A DNA stretch of 64,000 nt, from assembly GCA_000091205.1 (NCBI GenBank), contig AP006501.2; one strand, 5' to 3'. Under the pieces are notes generated by a model, which worked only from the letters and a program-made list of their open reading frames with translations, searched no databases and was not told where the DNA came from. Source of the DNA: Cyanidioschyzon merolae (Eukaryota). Below are positions 22,539 to 33,291 of the stretch, one piece after another; positions within the stretch are counted from its first letter, which is position 1; every line of letters begins with the position of its first letter. Both the position numbers and the translations under genes were made by a program.

Positions 22539-23408
22539 ATGGAGAATCTTAGTTTTAGGGAAATTCGAGAGAAGAACGCTTCCAGAGGTGTTCCTTCCCG
22601 TACAGTTCGGTGCACAACGAGGTGGACCGAGGCGCCTCAGGTGAGACGGCAGAGTTTTTCAACGCCTGAAGCCGTCTTTGCTTCAGAAAAGACACGCTTT
22701 TGTGGTGAGCGTCAACTACAGCGCCGCCGCAGGACGCAGCTGTGTGCGTGGGGACTCGTCGAGGGCTCCGCTGTGATTGGAATTCTCGGAATCCTTGTAA
22801 CGCTGAATATTGTTTCCCGAATTTCGGACTCTGCCCGAGGGACGCGCCTCTGGTCTCGGGAGCAAAGAGGCCTCTTTGTTCGCCGCAGGCCACCACCACG
22901 TGAACGCTGCACAAAGTGTGGTGGGTTTGGCATCGTTCGGTGCTCTTTGTGCCGTGGTTCAGGTTTTGTGCTCTACGAGAAGAAGCTCCAGCATAGTGAC
23001 CCGTGCCCGCTATGCACTGCTCGGCGATACATACGTTGCGGCATGTGTCATGGCAGTGGACGGCGGAAACTAGTCAGAAGGCATGACCCTGCGCTGAGCA
23101 GCATTCGCCTCAGCGATCCGACTTCACTGTACAATGCGTTTAGGGCGTGGAGAGAAGAGTTTGTGCGCCGCGGATCGCTTTCAGTAGGCTTTCTGAATCA
23201 CGAGGGCCTCTTGAACCGTGCGTTCCGAGTAGCTTCGGCATTCGCTGACTCGCTCAAAAGCGGTATTGGTCGCAGCTGGTGCACAGTCCAAGAACGTGTT
23301 CGTGCGGGAATTGAGCAACATTTAGAAGCCCGCAAAAAAGCTCGAATGAGTCGAATTGCACGAGCACGCAGTTTCCTTGAAGAGCGTTTACAAAAAGAGT
23401 CACAATGA
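22539..23408 (+). CDS. DnaJ-type zinc-finger (4x CxxCxGxG-like) protein with predicted transmembrane helix; resembles plastid BSD2/LQY1-type small zinc-finger proteins
   Basis: A hydrophobic helix LCAWGLVEGSAVIGILGILVTLNIV is followed by CTKCGGFG, CSLCRGSG, CPLCTARR and CGMCHGSG. Two CxxCxGxG repeats are canonical and two are degenerate. Confidence 0.6.
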   Translation: MENLSFREIREKNASRGVPSRTVRCTTRWTEAPQVRRQSFSTPEAVFASEKTRFCGERQLQRRRRTQLCAWGLVEGSAVIGILGILVTLNIVSRISDSARGTRLWSREQRGLFVRRRPPPRERCTKCGGFGIVRCSLCRGSGFVLYEKKLQHSDPCPLCTARRYIRCGMCHGSGRRKLVRRHDPALSSIRLSDPTSLYNAFRAWREEFVRRGSLSVGFLNHEGLLNRAFRVASAFADSLKSGIGRSWCTVQERVRAGIEQHLEARKKARMSRIARARSFLEERLQKESQ

Positions 23409-24524
23409 TCTGAGCCTTAAAGTGCAATTTTCTTGTCCTGACTAATAAAAGGAATATAGCTTTCGCTTCTTGCCTGCATTGCGCCACCGAAGGCAGGTTA
23501 CCGCTGCGGAAACCTATCGGAAAACTTGGCAGCGAGGGAGACCCTGGGGCCATATGAATGATCAGCTGCGTCGCCTTGCACGGTGGCCCACTGGAGCGAG
23601 GGATGCATGCGCATAGAGGGATGTTCCCTTGAGCCTTCTAGATGAGATCGGAGATATGAGCATTACAAGAGCGGCACTGTTGATATCAATGCGCAGGAGC
23701 ATTTGCTTCCAACGGGTGCATTCCCCCTCGATGCATAAACATAAACTAGTGGCCGACATTCGGCCAGAGTTTCCAAATCCTACTCGTTTCGCACAGCGTT
23801 TGAAAAGAAAAGCTTCTTGAAGTAGCTGCATATCGGCAGCGAGAGCACGTGAGCCTGCTGCAGAAGCGCCACGTCGAAAGGAGCGGTCCCGCAGCGCCTG
23901 CGGACGTCGACAGGCCCACTCGCTTGACTGGTTACAAAAGTTTGATGCCAACGCCGTTGAGATTATTCAGCCAAACACGTACCTTCTGCCTCGGAAAACA
24001 ACGGGCTTCCAAGACCTCAAATCACATGGCGATGTCTCATTTTTCTAACCATACAACAGGTAGTTTGCACTGCACGAGAAAGGAATGCAAGATATTTGCC
24101 GTCATCATCTTGTTCTTTGTTGCACGAAAGGACGAATCCTCATCTGGGAATGCTCCAGCGGGCCACCGCCAGTTGGGATCTTGAGCTGGACGATTGTAAG
24201 CGCCCCGTCCCACGAATGCGCCTGGGAAACTAATCTTCTCCTCTCGACGAATTTCTGGCTCAAGGCCTGAATCTCGCGCTAGGCTCGCTCGCCTGCAATA
24301 TCGATTCGCCGGACAGACATCCGCAAAACGCATGGAAAGCATCTTCGATCAGAAATGAGCCCTTCGCTCCGGCTCCTGCACCAAGTCAGGCCATTCGGAA
24401 AATGCACTTGAAGCATCATCAATCAGAAACGAGTCATTCGCTTCCAGTTAAGTGTCAAAAGTGCTTCCACGAGGAACGCTAGAAAAGACTAAACAGCTGG
24501 CGAACCACAAGGCTCAGGTCCTGT

Positions 24525-25019
24525 CTAGTTCTCTGCTCGGTGTTGTTTGAGCCATTGCGCTACAGCCAACCGCAGAAACGCAGGCACAGACTGGTGCGCC
24601 GTCGCAACGTTAAACGCCTGATTGGTGTTCAGTAAGTCGGAGGAGAGCCTATCCGTTTCCAGGTCGCTGGTTTCTAGTGATAACGGGTAGTCTATGCTTC
24701 GCAACCGAAAGTTGAGCAGGTCCTTTCGTGTCCATGCAAAACCGATACCTCGCGCTACACCCGATCCAAACCCTATCCCGAATGCAACTCCACAAAAACA
24801 CCCAACAACAAGCCCATCTTGTGCAAATGGTTCAAGAGAAGGCACCACAACGCACTGCTGCCTCCGAAAACGGTAAGGCCTCCCCAGGCCGAAGCAAACC
24901 CCGTAGCCAGCTCCCACGAAGCAGCCTACGGAAAGACCCACCCCAGCTCGGGGCCAGAACCGTCGATAGTTGTCCCGTGGATCGAACTGCACAGGCCACA
25001 CCTTCTTCGGCTCATTCAT
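24525..25019 (-). CDS. Hypothetical small membrane protein with two glycine-zipper (GxxxG-rich) helices
   Basis: GVGLSVGCFVGAGYGVCFGLG and GLVVGCFCGVAFGIGFGSGVARGIGF. Start is set to the internal ATG (MNEPKK), because the ORF-track start is GTG. No family could be assigned. Confidence 0.3.
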   Translation of the reverse strand: MNEPKKVWPVQFDPRDNYRRFWPRAGVGLSVGCFVGAGYGVCFGLGRPYRFRRQQCVVVPSLEPFAQDGLVVGCFCGVAFGIGFGSGVARGIGFAWTRKDLLNFRLRSIDYPLSLETSDLETDRLSSDLLNTNQAFNVATAHQSVPAFLRLAVAQWLKQHRAEN

Positions 25020-25254
25020 GAGAGCCAAGCCTAGCCAACACACACCACAGTTCAAAGGGAGGCAGTTCAGAGACTCGTACCTCTTCCGTCCAGTGCAGCA
25101 TCTCTGAGCGCGCTCATCTGGACGGCGGCGCCAGGCATCTCGCACAAGCAAAGCGCTTGTGCTGTATACTTCAACGCATCGAGTATTCTCGCTTTCGCCG
25201 TGCGAATGCAAGTCGACGTATGCTGACGTGCAACGTATCAAACTTGCGTAAACT

Positions 25255-26571
25255 ATGAGCAATGGGGGTTCTCCCGATCGGAACAGTCTGCACACCGTTG
25301 GTAGAAATGTGGTGCTGCGGGTTCGACGCGTAGGAAAAGGAAAACAGTCCGTGTCGGCGGATGAACACAGCTCTGCAGGACACGAAGAATCTGAACAGCC
25401 CTCTGAAGTCTCAGAATTCTTGCCTAATAGTCTTTTGCTGATTTTAGGACAAACGAACAGCAGTTTAAGCGCGGGCGGTGCGTTTCAACCTATCCGCGAG
25501 ATGCAGCGGACGTTGTCCGCTCACGCTGACGTGGACTTACAAGTGAGCATTACTGACGACGAGGCGGCCCCGACGCACAAGTCCCTGAAGCTGTTTCCGC
25601 TACGCCAGTACGCAACCGATATACGATGTGAGGGACAGCCGGAATCAGTTGAGCCTGCGCAGGTAACCGGTGTACAGTGGACAAGGTCAGAGCGAGCTCG
25701 GATGAAACGTTCGCCGTCGGGTTGTGCGTCCTCAACAGAGACTGGTGCTCCCGCGAGCAAGCCTCTGGAAGTCGAGGCAGAGCGATCCCTGGAGCATACT
25801 GTGGATGCAATCGGCGCTACGAGAAGCTGGAATTGGCAGGAGCAGCGCTTTTACCGACTGCGAAATCCGCGGCTCCTCCTCGATCTTGTGGGTCAACCGC
25901 TGTTTGTGGATATTCAGTTGCCGCCCAGTGGTGCGAGCTATGGTCAGGTGCGCAGGCGTGTCCAGTTTGCGGATGATGATTATGACTATTATGTCTCATG
26001 CGATTTGCTTTCTTCTGTGCAGACGGACTCTGCGGATCTGGATCATTCAGATGCCTCGGACTCGGAAATCGTCATCATGGTAGACGAGCCTGTTTCGACC
26101 GCAAATGCAGGTCAATCAGCGTCGTACGGGCATTCCCATGAGCAGTCGAGCGTTGAAACCCAGACCCATCGGAGCGCTTCGGTAGCGCCGTGGTCTTTGC
26201 TCCGCTCCAGGATTCGGCGGGCGTCTTCGGAATGCGGCGAAACAGTTGTTACTCAGGATGCGGATGCGGATAAATGCGAGACATCGACACAAACTTCGGA
26301 AGGCTCTAACACGGACTGGTGGGAAGATTTCGAATACAGGGGCGAGCCGTACCAGGCAGATGATCTTCAGCCTGTTAACGGGATATCGAGGGACGCTGCG
26401 TACGCACCAGGGCAAGGTCTCGCGACATCGACCTCCACGAGCCCGTCTATAATTGCCGCTGCTGTGACGCACTCACTGCGGGCATGGGCTGCATATGGCT
26501 CTGACTGCCACGATTCCGAAGAGCACTCGCCGTGTAGCTCGCCCGCGTGGTCGCCCGACATTGATAACTAA
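25255..26571 (+). CDS. Hypothetical acidic, Ser-rich protein (438 aa), no recognisable domain
   Basis: Long ORF with a true ATG start, compositionally biased toward D/E/S. Support comes only from its length in a GC-rich background where antisense ORFs are common. Confidence 0.3.
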   Translation: MSNGGSPDRNSLHTVGRNVVLRVRRVGKGKQSVSADEHSSAGHEESEQPSEVSEFLPNSLLLILGQTNSSLSAGGAFQPIREMQRTLSAHADVDLQVSITDDEAAPTHKSLKLFPLRQYATDIRCEGQPESVEPAQVTGVQWTRSERARMKRSPSGCASSTETGAPASKPLEVEAERSLEHTVDAIGATRSWNWQEQRFYRLRNPRLLLDLVGQPLFVDIQLPPSGASYGQVRRRVQFADDDYDYYVSCDLLSSVQTDSADLDHSDASDSEIVIMVDEPVSTANAGQSASYGHSHEQSSVETQTHRSASVAPWSLLRSRIRRASSECGETVVTQDADADKCETSTQTSEGSNTDWWEDFEYRGEPYQADDLQPVNGISRDAAYAPGQGLATSTSTSPSIIAAAVTHSLRAWAAYGSDCHDSEEHSPCSSPAWSPDIDN

Positions 26572-29500
26572 GCGCCGGCGCCTGCAGTGCTTGGCTTTCT
26601 CGAGTAGCTGCTATGTGCTCCGGGCAGAGGTGGCGAATAGAGCAGGAACCAAGCTCGCCAAAAAACGGAAGCGAGCTCCTGAGTTATTTCCTGGTTTTTT
26701 ACGAACACTATGGAGGTATTCCAATTCTTTGTTCAGGTTTCGGATCGTGGCCAGCACTGACGGCGGCAGCAGTAAGCCCGTGCGCTCAGCATAGCAATAA
26801 GCGGGCTCAAGGTCGTCATCACGACTAGATGCTCCCTAATCAGAATAATGACTTGCTGAGCTGATAGCCTTCACTGCATTCACCCTCAATATTGGATGCT
26901 GACTACCTCATGCACATCGTCGCCTCTTTGATCGATGGGAAAGCGGCGCTATCATACTGCTGTCCCATGGATTTCCGACGAGAAACTCTCGAAAGCGGTC
27001 CGGTTTCGTGAAAAGATAGAATGGTGCATCTTTTTGACGGAAATATGATGCTTCCAACACTTGCAAGGCCAGACGTTGCGACATTGTTTCAGACGTAATC
27101 CACACGGGCCGAGCAGCATCTGCAGAAAGCTGGATTCGCGCAACCGACCAGAGAGACATCTTCTGTACTTCTGTCCCTTCTCGGCTGAATCTGGGAACCC
27201 ACTCACACACTATATAAAGTCGCTTAATTGGGATCAGGCTTTCTTAGATTCTCTTGATTGTTTTAATAAAACGACTTGCAGCTCGCACTAATTGTGGAGT
27301 CGTTTGCGTGGCTCTCCGTTGCAGAGCGGAGTTACGCGACAGCCCAAAACATTCATGATGTTCTACATACAGCTGTGAGTTATAGAACGCGTCTCCAAAT
27401 AAACCTTGTTCTTTTGCTCGTTTCTCTCACAGATATCGAAAACCAGGAATGCATCGTTGGACTGAAGAATGGACGCGGAATTTTTTTTGCTTTAAGTGCT
27501 GGCTGGCAGTTGAAAGCCTCAGATTTTCGAGTACTTCGTGCTTCGCTCAGCTAGTGGATGAGCGAACCTTCTTGTTGTCAATCTCTTGAACATTGTCTAC
27601 TCTTGAAAAAGATCAAATCAAAACCTATCCAGATGACTGGCTCCTCAGCAATCCATTCCACCCCAGACTCTCGCTCAAAAAAATAAATGCGAGAGGAGCC
27701 ACAGGATCCGAGTTTTCCCGTTCTTTGACGTGAACCATGATAAAGCGACACGCTTGGAGAACGAAAATGGGACCCTTCTATTCGAGACAGGCGCGCGTGA
27801 AACAACACACCATCGACTTCGTCCTGAAACGCGAATGCGTATTTCGAGAGGCAAGGGCGGTGATCTCGCTCAACGAGACTCCCTTCGGAAGCGATGATGG
27901 TCCTTTGCGTGGGCGCCCAGAGGGCGGCAAATTACTGTTCATGAAGGAAACGCTGGCGGGAATGATCGCAGCATCAGCGCTAGCGGGGATTCAGTCGAAT
28001 GTTCGCCGCCAAATCGCCAAACGGAAAGAATCGTCCAACACCGCATCATAGGTTGAACCACTCTTCGTGGCTTCTTTTCCGCGAACTCATCCATCCTGCT
28101 CTCGCACAACATAGCTTTCCACCGCCCATATGGTGTCGTCTAACACGCTGCTTGCATTCATGTTGGGCTGCTCCTCGTGCCGGTCTCTACTTCGTGGTAT
28201 GATCGAGTCGAACGCGCATTCTATGGCATCAAACGCTCTGTTGACGCTCACGAATCTCTAGACATGTCACTCGAACCGTCGCACCGTTCTTAAACAAGTC
28301 GTGCTCTCCCTTCATCTGCCATGAACTGCTGTGTTGCTTTAGTGCTCGTGCGCGGTATGGAGGTGAAATACGCTCCACGGTCCGTGAATATTCTCGCAAC
28401 CGAGCGGATCACCAGAGGATTCCTGAGGAGGAGGAGTAGATACATATACACCTACGCAGCAGAAGGCGGACTCGGTCCCACCGTCCATCAAGCGCGTCTG
28501 AGCTCCTAGGGGACAAACGTCCATGATATACAGCGCCGAAATCCAAGCCATCTCGCCGAGCAGATGTGAAGAAGGGAAACGCCACTGGGCAGAGAAAAGG
28601 AGGGTTCCCTTGAATAGAGGACTACGAGGGAGAGGACGGAAAATCTGCCGGAGCTGAAAGACCAGTCTGAAAGCGTTGTCAGGTCTTTTTTACCAAAACA
28701 TATTAACCTGGAGCATTCCCAGAAATTGAAGAGAATGACTTCAGTGGGAAGAGCGCAGCTTCACACACAAGGAAGGCTCACCTGATATTTCTCGCATTGA
28801 CGCACGTCGTCAAGCAGCATATCGTGGGAGTTCCGGACGCAGTGCTGCCAGCTGTCCACATTCTTATCGAAAGTTTTCATCATATCTTCCTGAGAAAATG
28901 CAGATGATGCTCTTGTCAGAAGGTTCACTGCGCTCCGATCGTTGGATCCGAGTTTTGGACACCCGCTATCCAGCACGCCTACAAGCATCCCCGCGCCAGT
29001 CAACGATCGGAACATCTAAAGCACAGGTACCAGAAGCCATCGAAGCAATCTCATGAAACGAAACCATTCGTGGGTTAATGTCGAGCGCTTCATGAGGCGG
29101 ACACTGTTGGTATTGTTGCAGTTGTACGCTTATTCCACTGGTCCGGAATTGTAGGAACTGATGCAAAGGGTTCCCGAGGTGTCGATAGATGAGAATGACG
29201 AGCTCGTGACGAAAGAGCTCGTGACGGTCGCGAGTTCTGAAGGGATATCGCAGTGAGAGAGAGAGAGTCGCAACGATGTTCCAAGCTAGCATCAAATGGC
29301 TAAGGTTTGTGGCACTTGTGCCCATCGCACTTGCTGGTGTCTCTCAGATGCTGCATGCGCATGCCCATGAAAGCTTTTGGTGCAGAAGCAGCCTCAAGAA
29401 GATCCGGAAAGTATACAATACGACCGATAGAGCATCAGGCGTCTGCAAAAGTGGTATATCAACAAGTATCAACTATGCTCGCGAACACTGGAGCTTCTTG

Positions 29501-30033
29501 CCTAGCTGCAGCTTTGCCGCCACGTGCGAAAGACAAAATTCGATCGACTCGAGACGAATCTTCTGCGGGGTACTGCGTCAGGGAGTGCAAACCAATTACG
29601 CAGATATAGAAGCTTCTGGGTCAGGGGCAGCCTTGCCGATTGCGAATCCGCAGGTGCTCGAATCTAGCAACACCCGATGATCAACTTTTGCAGCGGCAGA
29701 TTGGAGCGCACTTTGCGCATCACGAGAAGGTTGTACGGAAGCGATCATGCTAACAACTGACTTAAGCCCCGGAGAGTTGTCTTAGAAATCGAGGGGCGGT
29801 TTCGGTGGAACCAGGTTTGCTTATTTACACAAGCAGAGCGCATGTCTATTTGCGCGGGGAAACGCGAAATGCTCCGAAGCTGTGGTGCCCAGGATGCCGT
29901 CGAAGGCGGAACTCCGGCAACTTTGCCAGTCATCCGCCGTTGCCGCGATATGATGCATGCATGCATGCACGTAGCTCACGTGTCTTGTCTGTTTTTGTGA
30001 TGATGCCGGGTAGGACCTCATTTTTTAACTGGA

Positions 30034-31566
30034 TTATTTCCGGAAATGAGTGGCTTTCAGTGGCCCCCAATTCTTTGTAGGATGCGGTGGAAAACGAGGC
30101 TTCTTTGCGCCGGACGATGATGAACTCGCGGTCGTTCGCCTCGCAAAGTCGGCAGGTTCTAGTGGAGGGTCGAACTGCACGTCCGCGGTCGCCTGCTGAA
30201 TACGCTCGCGAACATCCTCCGGGCCTGGCGTTCGCTTCGTTGGCTCCAGCTGTGCCCACGTCCTTAGGATACCCCAGAGCAGTCTCAGAGGTGCGTTCGT
30301 CTTTAGAGCTAGCGGATCGTGGTGACTCTGGGAGCACCGGTACCCGAAACGCCTCTCCAAGATGTGACGAATCGCACTCAAAGGCGGCATAGAACAATGT
30401 AATGCTTTGCACGCTGTCGGCAAATGCAGGTAGAATGGTGGCGTATCGAGCTCCTCATGCGCCAAAGTGAGCAACGCCTGAACGCGCTTATAAGCGGCCA
30501 AATGGGGGGTGAGTTCGCGCAACGGCGGCCTCAGCTCTCCGCTGGCGTCATCAGTACCGCTCTCGAGCGCTTGTCTCAAGGCCCTGACCCAGTCCAAGGA
30601 GTGTAATGCACCCAAATAAAAAGGCCCACCTAGCACCATACGATCCCTAGCGTTGCACACAGTGCAGTGTTGATGCACGGGGGGTCCCAGTGCAACCGCG
30701 AGCCGATCACGCTTTGCATCACAGTTGCTTGTTGCACGTGCAGTCTTGATTCGGCCCAAAGGCTGTACCCAGTAGGAACTGCAATCCATGCAGTGATAAA
30801 TGCTGCCCGTCTTTGCTACCTGATTGAGGACTGCAGCACGGTCATCATGAATACGGACGAATACGCGCACGTAAAAGTCAATGTAAAGGCTCAGCAGAGG
30901 CTCCATGTGACGGCCATGGCGATTCGCTTGTTGGGCTATCGCACCGAGGACGAGTCGGATGGCCTCCTCGTGTGCGTACGGTGCCGCGAGCGATGTCGCA
31001 TGATACCTAGCAAAGCATACTTCTGGCTGAGTCCCACAGAGAACTCGCGAATCCGTGCAAGTTACACATAGTAGACCTCCGTGCCGAATGGCTCGCACTG
31101 CAGGATCCAAAAAGGAGACCGCGGAACCAAAAGGGTCTAAATCGATGACATCAAACGTATCCGAGTGGCTTGCCATGTATGCGTACGCATCTGCACAGTT
31201 CGGAACAAGAATTTCGTTCAGGTCAGCGTTCTCCTGCAAGTTTCGGCAAATTATAGTGTGGGCTTGCGGATCAATATCGTTGGCTACAATACGCTCGATG
31301 CAGTTTGTCTCGCGACAGTAGCGCAAAGCGCGCAGGCCCGTTGCAGAAAGCGCCTCCAGCACGTGAAGCTTTGCTGACGCAGTTCCGTTTTCGCCGTGCT
31401 TTTCGCGCTCACTACGTACCAGCTGCCAGAACTGACGAATCACTAGCACGCTCAAGTCACGATTCACGACCTGAGCAGGATTGATAAAGTTCTCGCCTTT
31501 GCGATAGAAGACGCTGGCGAGGCCTTCACGAAACTCTGCCAGTACCGCTCCCCCGCCAGACACCAT
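30034..31566 (-). CDS. TRM1: tRNA (guanine26-N2)-dimethyltransferase TRM1
   Basis: N-terminal FYRKGENFINPAQVVNRDLSVLVI matches the TRM1 VFYNPVQEFNRDLS block. LEALSATGLRALRY and NDIDP match the SAM-binding region. A C-terminal Cys cluster is present. Start is trimmed to the first ATG (the track start is TTG), and an N-terminal extension is possible. Confidence 0.85.
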   Translation of the reverse strand: MVSGGGAVLAEFREGLASVFYRKGENFINPAQVVNRDLSVLVIRQFWQLVRSEREKHGENGTASAKLHVLEALSATGLRALRYCRETNCIERIVANDIDPQAHTIICRNLQENADLNEILVPNCADAYAYMASHSDTFDVIDLDPFGSAVSFLDPAVRAIRHGGLLCVTCTDSRVLCGTQPEVCFARYHATSLAAPYAHEEAIRLVLGAIAQQANRHGRHMEPLLSLYIDFYVRVFVRIHDDRAAVLNQVAKTGSIYHCMDCSSYWVQPLGRIKTARATSNCDAKRDRLAVALGPPVHQHCTVCNARDRMVLGGPFYLGALHSLDWVRALRQALESGTDDASGELRPPLRELTPHLAAYKRVQALLTLAHEELDTPPFYLHLPTACKALHCSMPPLSAIRHILERRFGYRCSQSHHDPLALKTNAPLRLLWGILRTWAQLEPTKRTPGPEDVRERIQQATADVQFDPPLEPADFARRTTASSSSSGAKKPRFPPHPTKNWGPLKATHFRK

Positions 31567-32003
31567 TCCGTGCCGTATACAGCGTTCTGCAATAGGCGGC
31601 GGCGGCGGAACGAAGCTGTCCAGCAAGAAATAAGTTCTTCAAACCTAAGAAACAGATCCCTTGACAGAAGAAGCTCACTGGATTGGACACCCGTTTCGTC
31701 AGTGAGCACCCATGGACCGATGTTATACATTATTCCACTGTTTGCAATCGTGGAGGCGGTTGGCTCAGCACCCGTCGCCGCTGCGGCAAACCGCTCGGTC
31801 CGATGGGAAAGACTTGCCTGGTCCTGATGGGACACACGTGCGACTGGAGAGAAGAAGTGGACTTTTCTATGATTACCGGTAGCGTTTGCGTATCTCTGGC
31901 GGATCTTGTGCGATGAATCGATCTTCCAACAGAAAAAATGCGATTGGCAACCCCAATGCCATAAAGTGGAAAGGATCTACGTACGTTAATCGGACGCGCA
32001 CGA

Positions 32004-33291
32004 CAAAGTTTGGGTGTCCTCCTGCAATGACCTGCACCAGCCATTGCGGTTATTTCTGCGACTGCCTCATTGCCCGCCCTCCTGTCTCTATAGCTCCGTT
32101 GCCAGCGGTCGAGGAATCCTGATCGCAGCGCCAAAGCTCCTATTTCGAGGCTTCCGACTGTTGTCGATGCATTTTATAGGCGGACGGAGGTGGCGTTCTG
32201 CGCTTCGCTTGCCAATTTCATTTTCTTCGTGTATAGCCTCTGTGTGCGGTTCGCGGCGGTGACTCATGAGGCCGGCATAGTGTCCCCAGCTGTCCGCGAC
32301 ACTTGCACCTTCGAGGACTTGCCTGCAGCGCGCGAACGCTTGTTTCATCGCTCGGCACATGCCCGATACTAGTTCAAGAGGTTCCCATAAATGCACGCTG
32401 TCGTTTCCGCACACAGTTTCTACTCTACGATCACCGGCCTCGTCGGGGCGATCCCGTCAGCGGCTGCGTCGTTCGATGAACACGCAGACGCACATTGTCT
32501 CGCACGATGAAGAGATTTGTGGAACGCGACGTAGTTCACGTTGTAACAGGTGCTCAGATGAAAACCTGGGCAGGAGAACAACTCGAAAACCTGCGACCTG
32601 TCTCTGCTCCCTTCGTGCACATTGATGACGCACTGCCCACCGAGCGCAATCGCTGTCACGACTGACGTCAGAGTCCACAGCGCTGTTCCATGCAAGACGG
32701 TGGCGACGGACGCCTCCGAGAGCACATCCCGTGAGAGGAATCACGGTGGCGTCGACTGCCTTCTCATCGACGGCGACGAAGAGAGGGCCATTTGCTTTTC
32801 GAAGGGAATCGATGATTTGACGTGACAATTGCAGTGAACTTTCGGCATGAACTTTTTGTGAACAGGTCGTCAACGGCCGACGTCGAGTGATTCTCCACGC
32901 CAATGCCGCAGCGCGCATCGCTGCACCACAAGGTGGTATGGTACAGTCGATCGAAACCTCTAACCATGCGCGATGTGAATATGCTTCACATGAGAAAATG
33001 CGAAGCGCCGATGTTGATGCGTACAAGTTGGATGATGATATCGGGTAAGGCACGAATCCGTGCTCGAGGGCGTCGCGAATGATGTCAATGACGATGACGT
33101 GACGAATACGAGCGGCAAAGCATCGAAAGAGCTACTCCGAGGACACGATCCAGAATTCTGAAACTCTATATGAGTACGTAGTGCTTTATTGCTTCACTGT
33201 GAACGCCGAGGCTGTAAAGCGAAAGCGTCCAGACGGAATGAGAGAGAAAGGCGGGAACAGGGCAAACATTTCAGTATTCCATTTTACTCTG
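32004..33291. repeat. Copy 1 of a 1.29-kb dispersed direct repeat (about 99% identical to 50363-51650)
   Basis: Direct comparison of the two stretches shows about 12 mismatches over about 1290 bp. It contains the ORF 32457-33053 (-), which has the motif RPLTTCSQKVHAESSLQLSRQIIDSLRK shared with ORF 14066-14524. Confidence 0.9.
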
